DNA of 64,000 bases from Picochlorum sp. SENEW3 (lineage: Eukaryota), in assembly GCA_034226945.1 (NCBI GenBank), contig CP120461.1:310001-374000 (forward strand), in the 5' to 3' direction. Made by a program: the position numbers and the translations under genes. The notes beneath the pieces are model-generated. The model was not told the DNA's origin. It did not search any database and saw only the letters and a list, made by a program, of their open reading frames with translations. Shown piece after piece: positions 44,743-55,279 of the stretch. The stretch's first letter is position 1; each line of letters begins with the position of its first letter.

Positions 44743-46197
44743 TCATGCTGCTGCTTCTTCTGACAACAGAGCATCTTCTCTCAGGTCAATGGTGACAATT
44801 TCCTCATCACCCGGCTCTGGCAGCGACGTAGATCGCTCTACCAATTCCTCAATTTTCTTTGTACGCTCAGTAAACTCTTTCTCGTGATCCTTCCTCTTCT
44901 GATAATAGACATCGAGCTTTTTATGGGACTCTTCCAACTTTTTAATCACAGCATCATACTTTTCTGGAAGAGGCATTTTATACCACGGGTGGCGCTCAAT
45001 CTGCTTGATGGTGACTCGTTTCGCAGCATCAATAACAAAAATTCTGTTCAACAAGTCCTTGATTTCCGGGGAAAGCTTCTTGACAGCCTCCGCCATGTGT
45101 GGCACTTCGCTCCACCTCTTGGACACCTGCTGCAGCCACACTTCCAGATGAGCCTCACTCGTATTTGGATCAGGATGCTCGGTATGATCGAATGGGAATG
45201 ATCCCAAAAGCATCACAAGAAGCAGGATACCAGACGCCCATACATCCACCGACCGACCATCATACCCTTTATCCTTGGCACCCTGATTGATGAGCTCTGG
45301 AGACATGTACACTGGCGTTCCAATCTGAGTATACATGTTGGCCTCTTCACTCCAGGTTTTCGCAAACCCAAAATCGCAAATTTTAATAATCGGCGGTTTC
45401 GAATTATCCAATAATGTGTTATCAAGTTTCAAATCCCTATGAACCACTCTGTGATTGTGACAGTAATTGACAGCGGACAAGAACTGCTTGAAGAAATACC
45501 GTGCTTCATCTTCAGATAAGAACAACCCTCTCGCCTGCGCTTCCTTCCATTTATCAGCCACATACGACGTCAGACTTCCACCTTTTGCATACTCCATCAC
45601 CAAACACAAATGGGTTGGCGTCAACACAGCCTCATACGCTTTGATCACATTTTCATGCCCGAATCCCAAATCAGTTTGAATCTACAGACACATGTGTGTA
45701 TTGCAATGAATCAGGTGATGGTACAAGAGAATCAACAAAAGATATGGTACTACTACAACAACAACAACCATATCAGCAACAAGATGCCGTACCGCAAACT
45801 CTCTCTTGATATTCTCCAACAAAACTTTTGGAAGTGGCCTCTTCAAAAACTTGATAGCAACCTCTTCCCCACTCCTCTTATCCAAAAACGCCCACGTATC
45901 TCCAGTACCTCCCCTGCCTGCATATAGATATATATATTCAGGTAAATCATACAAGAAAAGAAGCAGACGGGCGTTCCAGACCACGGTTGGATGAAGAAGA
46001 TTATTCAACCTCGAAGAACAAACCCTAATACCAATTACGACGCCAACCGTACCAAGATGTTTCAATTGTTTGTAATGTGGAGCCACATAGAGAGTAGGGC
46101 CCCGCTGAGAACTATCCTGCGTGCGCATCTCGTTATGCTTCTTCGCAGAGGTCGTGGAACCGGTTTCTTTCACTGGCGTACTCGATCCACACCCCAT
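44743..46197 (-). CDS. SnRK2-like Ser/Thr kinase with N-terminal myristoylation/palmitoylation motif; 3 exons
   Basis: Starts MGCGSS; introns 45918-46052 and 45682-45792; LTPTHLCLVMEYA, EDEARYFF, HRDLKLDNTLLD, ICDFGF. Confidence 0.88.
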
Positions 46198-46234
46198 TCT
46201 ATTTGTTAGCGTTTTATAAGGAAAATTTGGATTT

Positions 46235-47413
46235 TTACATGGAAATTTTACCAGTTTTGTAGGCGTACAGGTATGCTACAAAGGACCAGATTGTCGTCAG
46301 GGCAGTGGTTGGTCCCAGGATGCCCAGGGTAATCTCAGGGCCTGGCCATCCAATCCATGCGTCTGTGAGACAACTGGATATGAGGGTGAGTTGGAAGACT
46401 GTGTTCACTTTGCTAATGTATAGAGGTTCTACTTTGGGGGCTGCAGGCTTGTCAGGAGCTGTTGCTTGGCCTGATATGTTGAAGAATGTGGTCACGCCTG
46501 GCCACCTCCAGCCCAGTGTCTGTCCTCGTGCAATGCATGCGCCTGATATGAGGAGTACATCTCTGCCGACGATGAGATTGAATAAATATGAAGGGAGTGC
46601 TCCAGAGTATCCGAGAGCGAGCACGACGCTTCCTACGAGTACTTTATCTGCTAATGGGTCCAGGTAACTTCCAAGGACATTGGTTGTGAGCTGTTTCCGA
46701 GCAACGTATCCGTCCAGCCAATCCGTTAATGCTGATAGGACAAGCGCTGGAATAGCAATATCCATTTGATTATGGATGATGAGATGGCCTATGGCTGGTC
46801 CAGAGAGGAGCCTGAGCATGGAGAGGCTGTTTGGAAGATTGACCACTGTCTCATAGGACCACCCTCCTTGTGCTGGGTCTTGCATTCTTCCAACCTTGTG
46901 ACCATCATGCTTTGCTGAAGCAGTTTCCTCTTCTTCTTTGTCTACATATGAGTTCCGCTGAGATGTATATTTCTTATTGCTGCCCGTCTTGGTAGAATAG
47001 GAGCAGGAGAGTTGCAAAGACTCTTGTGCACCAGCAATGCTGTGTCCTGCACAATAGGAAGGAGACGCTGCTCCAAACATCCCTGCATCTCTCTTGTATG
47101 GTATCCACCCGACACTCTCATTCTTCCTTCTTCTGCTCCTGATGGACAATCTATCTTGGACACCGTGATGATGATCATCATCATCATCATGGCGAGAGCT
47201 GCCGTAGCGGTTGAGCTGGTGGTTTACAAACAGCACGGCGTTCCGGGCATCGGCACTCCAGAGTTCTCGCAGATCCCTTCTATCACCTACTGTTAGAATA
47301 GAATCATATTTTTGTTTTAATGAGACTGCAATCGATGAAAAAGGGGCCTCTTTCCATTCCGCCGTCAGGAGACGTTGCAGTTGCCGACACACAGGCTGTT
47401 GTCGAGACAACAT
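46235..47413 (-). CDS. CLS: Cardiolipin synthase (CDP-alcohol phosphatidyltransferase), mitochondrial
   Basis: NLPNSLSMLR, TDWLDGYVAR...LGSYLDPLADK and ISKVNTVFQL, with a presequence-like N-terminus. Confidence 0.85.
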   Translation of the reverse strand: MLSRQQPVCRQLQRLLTAEWKEAPFSSIAVSLKQKYDSILTVGDRRDLRELWSADARNAVLFVNHQLNRYGSSRHDDDDDHHHGVQDRLSIRSRRRKNESVGWIPYKRDAGMFGAASPSYCAGHSIAGAQESLQLSCSYSTKTGSNKKYTSQRNSYVDKEEEETASAKHDGHKVGRMQDPAQGGWSYETVVNLPNSLSMLRLLSGPAIGHLIIHNQMDIAIPALVLSALTDWLDGYVARKQLTTNVLGSYLDPLADKVLVGSVVLALGYSGALPSYLFNLIVGRDVLLISGACIARGQTLGWRWPGVTTFFNISGQATAPDKPAAPKVEPLYISKVNTVFQLTLISSCLTDAWIGWPGPEITLGILGPTTALTTIWSFVAYLYAYKTGKISM

Positions 47414-47696
47414 GAGCTCTGCGGAGCATAAATAGAGGCTTCCTGTATGTCTAGATTTATTTTTTATCACTCGAGTACTACAAAGGGTCTGTTAATGATG
47501 GAGGGGCGGCAAGCTTTACTGCGGTGGAAATCCAAGACTGAACAACGATCTCAGCTTGGCTTGGCCAATTCCATGGAATAAAAGAGACCAGTTGGATGGA
47601 CAGAACAAGATGAGTGGTCAGATTTGGTGCTCAGCGAGGGAACGCATGGATTTGATCAGTATACATCACGTTGATATCAATATAATAGTACAAGGC

Positions 47697-49025
47697 ATGC
47701 ATAGCAGACGGCAGTTGTCTGCATCCATAGTTGGGTCTACTGGAGAGAGGTGGTGGGAGGGAGGGTGTTGTCGACTGACGAGGTCTGGTATGAAGAGGAG
47801 GAGCTTTTTCTTTCGTGGTTTTCGCTCTTTCATATCCCCTTTCTTTCGTGACAGCAGCAGAGGAGAGGATGCAAAGTTTCTCGCTGTGCCTCATGACAAC
47901 ACATATATGAGGCATATACAGTACTGTACAGGTGAAAATAAAGAAGAACGAAATGGAGAAGAAAAGCAAGGGGGATTTGGCAAGCAGTTCACAGACCATA
48001 TGATGACGATGCGGTATTCATGTATTCATGGATGGAGTGAACCAACGTTGACGGCGATTGGAGACATTCCAATGCATCCAGCGAGTCAGGTGCTGCATTA
48101 TGGTATGGCATGCTTTGAGGGTATCAAGGCATTTCGGAACCTGACAGATCCTCAGCAAGTTCATTTGTTTCGACCCGACATACATCTCAAGAGGCTTGGA
48201 GTATCAGCCTCACGCCTACAATTGCCACAGATCTCGTCGAATCAGTTGCTGGAAAGCATCAAAGATCTAGTTCGTCTGGATCAGGATTGGGTTCCACATA
48301 TGAGGGGCCAGTCGCTCTACGTGAGACCTCTCTTGTTTTCTTCATCTGCAATGCTTGGAGTTACAAGTCCACAAGAAGCAACAATGATGGTCATATTATC
48401 CCCGTGCACTGATGTGGTTGATCAACAGCGTCCCATGACGTTGTTTGTTGAAGAGGAGCATTGCCGTGCATGGCCCGGCGGCACTGGGCACGTCAAACTT
48501 TCTGGAAACTACTCATCGACGATCTATCCGCAGATACAAGCAAAAGGTCTATTTGGAGCAGACCAGGTTCTGTATCTAGCTCCATCTACCTCTCCAGGAA
48601 GCAAGCTGTGCATTGCTGAATGTGGTACCATGAATGTGTTTTTTGTGTTTCAGCACAAGGAGTGCCTTCATGTGGTCACCCCAGCATTAACTGATACAAT
48701 CCTGCCGGGCGTCACCCGGGCATCCATTATTGATATTACACGAGGATGGCCTGACATGCCTGCAGTGCGTGTTATGGAAAGGACAGTCACGCTGGAAGAA
48801 GTGCAACACGCTGCCAATCGTGGATCTCTCATTGAAATGTTTGCCTGCGGCACTGCCAGTGGAGTCCAATCAGTTGGCTCTTTAGTACGAAAAAATGGAG
48901 AACGATTGACTCCTATACATGCATGCGGACCCATCACGACACGCGTGCGAACAACATTGCTTGATATTCAGCATGGAATGCTGAATGATGGAGAGTATGC
49001 ATCATCCTGGCTGCACCCTGTGTAA
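47697..49025 (+). CDS. BCAT: Branched-chain amino acid aminotransferase (class IV PLP)
   Basis: FGKQFTDHM, LHYGMACFEGIKA, LYVRP, KLSGNY, ECGTMNVF and ILPGVTR. Start uncertain (47697 or 47790). Confidence 0.92.
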   Translation: MHSRRQLSASIVGSTGERWWEGGCCRLTRSGMKRRSFFFRGFRSFISPFFRDSSRGEDAKFLAVPHDNTYMRHIQYCTGENKEERNGEEKQGGFGKQFTDHMMTMRYSCIHGWSEPTLTAIGDIPMHPASQVLHYGMACFEGIKAFRNLTDPQQVHLFRPDIHLKRLGVSASRLQLPQISSNQLLESIKDLVRLDQDWVPHMRGQSLYVRPLLFSSSAMLGVTSPQEATMMVILSPCTDVVDQQRPMTLFVEEEHCRAWPGGTGHVKLSGNYSSTIYPQIQAKGLFGADQVLYLAPSTSPGSKLCIAECGTMNVFFVFQHKECLHVVTPALTDTILPGVTRASIIDITRGWPDMPAVRVMERTVTLEEVQHAANRGSLIEMFACGTASGVQSVGSLVRKNGERLTPIHACGPITTRVRTTLLDIQHGMLNDGEYASSWLHPV

Positions 49026-49045
49026 TCTCTCTCTCGCCAGATGCT

Positions 49046-49912
49046 CTATGATGTTTTCATCCATCCGCACATGCGAAATACGCGTCTAAAGTATTCAGGA
49101 AATGGTGCCTCAATTTTGATAAAACCGTGAAGGTTCTTTCCTGTCCGAAGAACATGCTCATCAATACATGGAACCTTGATTTGTCTGCAATGCAAAAATA
49201 TTGGCCAGGACGCATCGTTCATAATCTCATCCAGCACAATCTTCTGCTCCCCTCGTGTTTTTCCATACACACTATCCCCAAGAATCGCTGCACTGAGACC
49301 AGATGCACAATGTTTCCGCAGCTGATGCATCCTTCCAGTTTTGGGTATCAACTTGACAAGGGATAGATGCCGTCGACGATCCATCTCCATAACTGTACAC
49401 TCTGTCGTGGCATGCTTTCCTTGAATCGGTATTGAAATTTCCATAGAGTTGCCCCTCCTGGCTTTGGCAGGAGGAAACCTATTGCCTCCATCATGCACAA
49501 TTGCCCAGTATTCCTTACTGATTGATGCATCTCCCCCCATCCATTGTGATACAACCCTCGCACTTGTTTTATCTTTGGCCAGAACCAACACACCACTGCA
49601 CATCTTATCCAGCCTATGGACAAGTCTCAGTGGCTCAGAGGTACCCACGTCAGCAGTAAGGATGGAGTCAACAGATGCTGTAACCTTGCTCCCTCCTTGC
49701 GATGCAAGCCCCGATGGTTTATTTACTGCCATGATGTAGTCATCTTCATATAGAAGAGTGATATTCGCTTGGGCTAAAAGCCTGCGCAGACTATTGTACT
49801 TTTTCAGTGAGCACACCCACCCGCTCGTTGTCAAGGCCCGATGGGACATCATCAAAGATGATACCGGTATTTTTATTCCAAAATATGCATGTTGGAATTC
49901 GATATCATGCAA
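49046..49912 (-). CDS. RluA-family pseudouridine synthase
   Basis: VNKPSGL, VHRLDK.CSG (catalytic Asp), TGRMHQLR.H, ILGD.VYG and LHC. Confidence 0.9.
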   Translation of the reverse strand: MHDIEFQHAYFGIKIPVSSLMMSHRALTTSGWVCSLKKYNSLRRLLAQANITLLYEDDYIMAVNKPSGLASQGGSKVTASVDSILTADVGTSEPLRLVHRLDKMCSGVLVLAKDKTSARVVSQWMGGDASISKEYWAIVHDGGNRFPPAKARRGNSMEISIPIQGKHATTECTVMEMDRRRHLSLVKLIPKTGRMHQLRKHCASGLSAAILGDSVYGKTRGEQKIVLDEIMNDASWPIFLHCRQIKVPCIDEHVLRTGKNLHGFIKIEAPFPEYFRRVFRMCGWMKTS

Positions 49913-50153
49913 AATGGTGCCTTTCTTGTTTCAATTGGTGTCGAGTGCAATTTTGCTGAACAGACATGCATGTTTTTGCACAATGTAGTCGCGTGTACAT
50001 CTAAATGAGGTTATTGATTAATTTGTTTTTACTGATTTTGTTGCGGTGTCCCATCGATATACTAGCGGCGTTATTCAACTGCTGCATATGCAACTGTTGT
50101 TGGCAAGCCTCTGTGTGGATACACATTACGTACTGCAGGCACTCCTGAGGAGT

Positions 50154-50193
50154 TGAACATCTGCCCATGAGGGCCCTCATGGGCAGATGTTCA
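50154..50193. repeat. Perfect 40-bp palindrome
   Basis: tgaacatctgcccatgaggg|ccctcatgggcagatgttca is its own reverse complement. Confidence 0.95.
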
Positions 50194-50432
50194 CGTCACC
50201 ACCATGATGCCGGTCGGCGTTCATACTGGATCGATCAAGAAACCTACAGGCAGCTTCTTCGTCAGCTGCAGGCCTGCAGGACCACCCAGAGGGGAAAGAA
50301 AAGCATGTCGTAAGAATCGATTTCCTGTCCAAAGATACCGATCCGGCCACAAAATGACATACGCAAGCTAAGATACATTCTTTTTATTCATACACGCATC
50401 AAAATCGATTTGGGTTCTACCGCATTGTTCAA

Positions 50433-51650
50433 ATGATGAAGGTTTTCCAGGGTGCCTTCTTTGTGGCAGTCTTGCTGCTCTGCAGCATATCAGTGTTTGC
50501 CATAAACACCGAGCCTATTGCATCCCCACAGTTTTCATTCAAGACTCAAAAGGAGGCTGTGGCTTGGAGTAAAGATGTGCTTGATCTGAAGAAACGGTAC
50601 GACTCCAAAAATAAGAAAGTTTCAGCTGCGGCCAAGCTCGAGGTCGCGGAGCTTTCTCGATCATATCGTGATCACTACGATATCAAATGGTCCAGAAAAG
50701 AACTATCAAAAAAGTTCAAGACTTTTACAGAGAACTTGTGGTACATTGCCGAAACGAACATTGAGAATGAAGAGGAGAAGCAGCCTTGGTGGACTGCTCT
50801 CACTCTGTACGCTGATATGAGCTGGTTTGAGTTCCTCAGCAGGCATTTGATGGATATTAAGCCAGATAAATTTGATTTCAAGCCAGTGGAATTCACCAAG
50901 GTTTTCGATGGTGTCGACTGGAGAAAGAAGGGGAAAGTGACTGGTGTTAAGAATCAGCTCAACTGCGGGACATGCTGGGCATTCGCTGCGGCTGCGGCTG
51001 CTGAGTCGTCCTTCTTGATTGCAAACGATTTGAAATATCCAGACTGGAATATTGATATTTCGGAGCAACAGATTGTCGATTGCGCGAGACCTCCAACAAG
51101 ACATCCAGATGGCACGCTGTATTTCAGGAACACCTGCAGAGTAGGTGGGTCAAGCCCAGAGGCATTCAGGTATATGACCCAATTCAACGCTACATACGAG
51201 GACTTGTATCCTTACCGTGGTAATGTTGGAGCTTGTACACAAAACCCACAAACAGAAAATGGAGATCCAGCTCCAGGCGTGGTCATATCTCAACCATATG
51301 GAGGGTTTACACAAGTGGAGGCAGAGAACGTTACCGCTATCAAGGGGGCGCTTGGTGTGAGACCCGTGGTGCAATATTTACGGGCAGAAAATGGATTCCA
51401 GTTCTACTCTGGAGGAATTTACAGCCGTGCTTGCAGTAACAGAGATGTAAATCATGCCGTGATGCTCTATGGATATGCAACAGTGAACCTTGGACAGTTC
51501 TCCTCAGACAGCTGGCTCATCAAGAACAGCTATGGAGAAGACTGGGGTGAGGAGGGATTCATGCGCCTGGCTATTACAGATGGGGAAGGAATTTGCGAGT
51601 CACAAAGGTGGATCTACCAGCCTCGCACTGTCTCCGTCTCGAGGCCATAA
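50433..51650 (+). CDS. Secreted/vacuolar papain-family (C1A) cysteine protease with I29-like prodomain
   Basis: Signal peptide; VDWR, QLNCGTCWAF (catalytic Cys), SEQQIVDC, NHAV (His) and IKNSYG (Asn). Confidence 0.93.
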   Translation: MMKVFQGAFFVAVLLLCSISVFAINTEPIASPQFSFKTQKEAVAWSKDVLDLKKRYDSKNKKVSAAAKLEVAELSRSYRDHYDIKWSRKELSKKFKTFTENLWYIAETNIENEEEKQPWWTALTLYADMSWFEFLSRHLMDIKPDKFDFKPVEFTKVFDGVDWRKKGKVTGVKNQLNCGTCWAFAAAAAAESSFLIANDLKYPDWNIDISEQQIVDCARPPTRHPDGTLYFRNTCRVGGSSPEAFRYMTQFNATYEDLYPYRGNVGACTQNPQTENGDPAPGVVISQPYGGFTQVEAENVTAIKGALGVRPVVQYLRAENGFQFYSGGIYSRACSNRDVNHAVMLYGYATVNLGQFSSDSWLIKNSYGEDWGEEGFMRLAITDGEGICESQRWIYQPRTVSVSRP

Positions 51651-52229
51651 GGCCCTTTTCCCAAATCTTCACATCTTCATGCAGGAGTACCTTCCATGAG
51701 ATGATGATGTGCCACAATTGATGCTGACAAATTGGTTGTTTCATCTACAGAGATTTATCAGGGTATTCCCATGGTTGTGCGATTTGCACATGTTGACTTT
51801 GTTTTGTTTTTCTACAGCAATTGGCACTCGTGCCAATTCATCGTGTTGGGCGGCATGCATTGCTTCCACCGTTCAACGACCTGTTGATGTTGACCTCTTT
51901 CCAGATCGATCGATTGCAGATCGAAGCATAATATTGTTGAAGTAGCGTATATAGCATAGTCTTTTTCTGAAGCTCGTGTACCTCTCCTGACTTCCTTCTA
52001 ATGTTGTAATACTAGCTCCAGACAACAACCCATGATTCTTGTTCTTGTGTTATTTCTTCAAAGTTTCCACACCATTGGGTATATGTCAATGTACTATTCC
52101 AAGTACAAGGCACTCAAATTGACCTTCATTTCTAGAAAGACTAGCATCATCCTTGGAAAACAGACGAAACAACTCTCAAGAGGGGGTTATATGCAATTTA
52201 CCGAAGGGCCGCGCCTTGCATGGAATGGC

Positions 52230-52250
52230 AACCTTGGACCGTCCAAGGTT
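52230..52250. repeat. Inverted repeat with 10-bp arms and a 1-nt spacer
   Basis: aaccttggac-c-gtccaaggtt, upstream of VTC4. Confidence 0.85.
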
Positions 52251-52583
52251 TGAGGATTGCCTCGGATGAGCCAGTAATGCATCCCACGTGTTGTATGGAA
52301 ACGGATGCGTGTCCAATAGGTTGTATTGTAATCTGATAATGTTTGCGAGCTGAAATATACCCTTCATTCAAGCGAGAGAAGTTTCAAAGACAAATAGGCA
52401 GCATGAGTGCAGCTGTGGCACACTGAGACGCGGAGAAGCCTGTTGCGCCGTATCATACTGCACACTTCATCTTCAAACACGCAGGAGCAGTATATATATG
52501 GTTAGAAATACACTTTTGGACAGATATTTTGCACTCTAGTGATGATGAATAGGCAGCAGCCTCCGCAATCAGTGGTGGTGAGA

Positions 52584-55239
52584 ATGAGGATTGAAGATGT
52601 TCTGACAGAAGAGGTAGGGCAAATCTGCGTTGCTATTGGATTGTCAGACGGACCCTCGTGAGGATCGATGTACTTATTTTGTGCAGGTTGTGGCGGAGAT
52701 GAGGGATCAATATCTTAATGTTGAGAAGCTCATCATGATGCTTCAGCAATTTCCATTGACTCCGGAAGAGGGTGGTGATGCGAATGGAGGCAGCAATGTT
52801 GTTTTGAACACTCTCCAGCGGGTTGCAGACTGCCAAGATTTAAAAAATCCTTTTGAAGATATTTATTCGCATAGTGTTGTCATCAGTCAGTTCATTGAAG
52901 ATATTGTGCGGGTGAATAGGACAGTGCAGCAGAGAGTGGAGTTTGAATGGTCTAGATCTGTCCAGGCAGCACTGCAGCTGCATGGGGCCCTAGACAAGAC
53001 TGAGCAGAGTGATGACTTGAATGGAAGCCGTCAGACAATCAAAAGCATCAGATCATGCTTGGATTCAATCAGCCTGGCAGTGGAGTCTACAGATACCTTT
53101 ACAAGGCATAATGTTGTCCTGGGAGACTATGTTGCACGCTGTTTGGACGGTCAGCATGACCAATGTACAACATCACGAGCTGAATATATTGCTGCTGTAG
53201 AGTCCATTGTGAAGCATGGGACTGGTATCGAGTCGCTTCTCATGGCACTCTCTGATATGTACCAGGCTGTGAGAGTGTTGGAGACACACGGCAGGAATGC
53301 CAAGGAGGCTCTCCATACAATGACAAATACCGCTTGGAAAGCCCCAAACACGTTCACACGCGTCACAAAAAAGTTTTGGATACTTCCTCGAAACGTTACA
53401 AGGTTTAAATTGCATGTGATGAGGCATCTTCCAATACTTGTGTATGGAGAGCGCTCAAAGATTATGGATGTTCCAGTTGAACAGCTTCAGGACTCAAGAC
53501 CGGATCCATCCATCAAGGACTTTGGGAGCATATCATCGGTGTATCTGGATAGCGTGCCTGCTCTTGAACATTATCATGATCGATTGCACCGACGTGACAA
53601 GGCCTCTGTGATTCGACTCCGCTGGTATGGGGATAGGGATCCTGATAATGGTGATGAGACTATTTTTGTGGAAAGAAAGGTCCATCGAAATGCATATACA
53701 GGACTTACGAGTTCGAAAGAAAGGGGTAGTATTCCACAAAGACATGTTGGCGATTTACTCAGAGGGCAGTACCACAACAAAGAGGCAAAGGATGCAGTCT
53801 TTCTTTCAAGTGCTGCAACTGAGATAGCAGAGCAGGGACAAGAGCCTCTCATGAGAACTTCGTACCAGCGCACTGCTTTTCAAAACTCAACAGAAAATAC
53901 AGTGAGAATTTCATTGGACACTGGTTTATGTATGTCGAAAGAATACCCCACAGCAAACTCCGTCCACTGGTGCAGAGATGGGGCATATTCCTACCAGAGG
54001 AGCGATGTGGAGGAGTTTTCGTACGGGGTGGTCGAGATTAAACTGCAGTCAAAGCCACCACAATGGGTCGTTGATCTTGTTAAAACGGGAATGCTACTGA
54101 TTGTTCCCAAGTTTTCAAAGTTTTTGCATGGGACAGCAAGCCTCTACCAGGAATATGCAGAGAATGTCCCGTATTGGTTTTTGCCTGATCCTGAGGACAA
54201 AACACGCCTCACAACGGCAAATTGGGATGAAATGGCAGATAAAGAAGATGTATTTGCCAAGCATGCTGCAGATTGGCTATTCCCTGTGGGATTTGGAGAA
54301 CCAGCAGAGGAGGAAAAGCATCTCAAGCTGGCATTTTTCAATCCCAAGCGTGTCTTCGGGGCCAAATCCTCAGCACAACACAAAACAAGACAAAAAAGAC
54401 AGCAGATACAGATAGAAGAAGCGTTGGGTGAAATCAATGACGAGTCGGGTAATCGCACATGGTGTGATACAGAACAAGTCACAAATCATCAAGAATTATT
54501 GGTCCAGCAAGATGACAAACTGATTTCTCCGCATCAAGATATTGACAGTAACCCAAGACGCTCCTGGCCAATCTATCAGACTCTAACCGACAATGAGGAA
54601 GCAAGCACATCCAGTGATCAAACAACAAGCAATGGTTTTAGTTCTGACAGCGCCCATAGAAAACCATATGCCAGAGAATTGAAGAATGTATGCCACGATG
54701 TCGAAGCATGCGTAGACACACAAAGAACTACACATCAGATCATATCCAAGAAATCAAATGATGAATCATATGCCATCAAGCAATATACCATGGCATCCTC
54801 GGAGCAACCAGCACAGAATCAAGAAAACCATGTCAAGAGAACATCCTCACTTGTGCGTACTCGAGTAGAACCAAAGACCTTCTTCGCCAATGAAAGAACG
54901 TTTCTTCAGTGGATAAACATCTCTGTATTAGTCATGTTTCTGGCTTTATCCCTACTGAGTGGAAGCAGCTTGGCTCCAGGCTTGGGCTCATCCTTGACTA
55001 ATTCATGCAACTCGGATGATTCCAAATGCCTGGCTGGAAAAATGTCAGGAGCAATTATAGCCCCCGTGGCATTATGCTTCATGGCATACGCTCTATTCAT
55101 GTATAAGAAGAGAACAATTCAGATATTGCGAAGAGAAACTGTCAGATATGATGACCAGAGAGGTCCAGTGATATTGGTTGTCATTCTTCTCCTTGCGATG
55201 ACCATATCATACATCTTGACAATGATTTACATATTCTAA
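52584..55239 (+). CDS. VTC4: Vacuolar transporter chaperone / polyphosphate polymerase (SPX-like, VTC, DUF202 TM domain); 2 exons
   Basis: Exon 1 (52584-52613, possibly from ATG 52542), intron 52614-52686; ISSVYLD, IRLRWYG, IFVERKVH, YQRTAFQ, VRISLD, VEIKLQ, KFSKFLHG and RVEPKTFFANERTFLQW. Confidence 0.9.
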
Positions 55240-55279
55240 ACACAACCATGAACAAGTAAATTTTATACTGTATATATTT

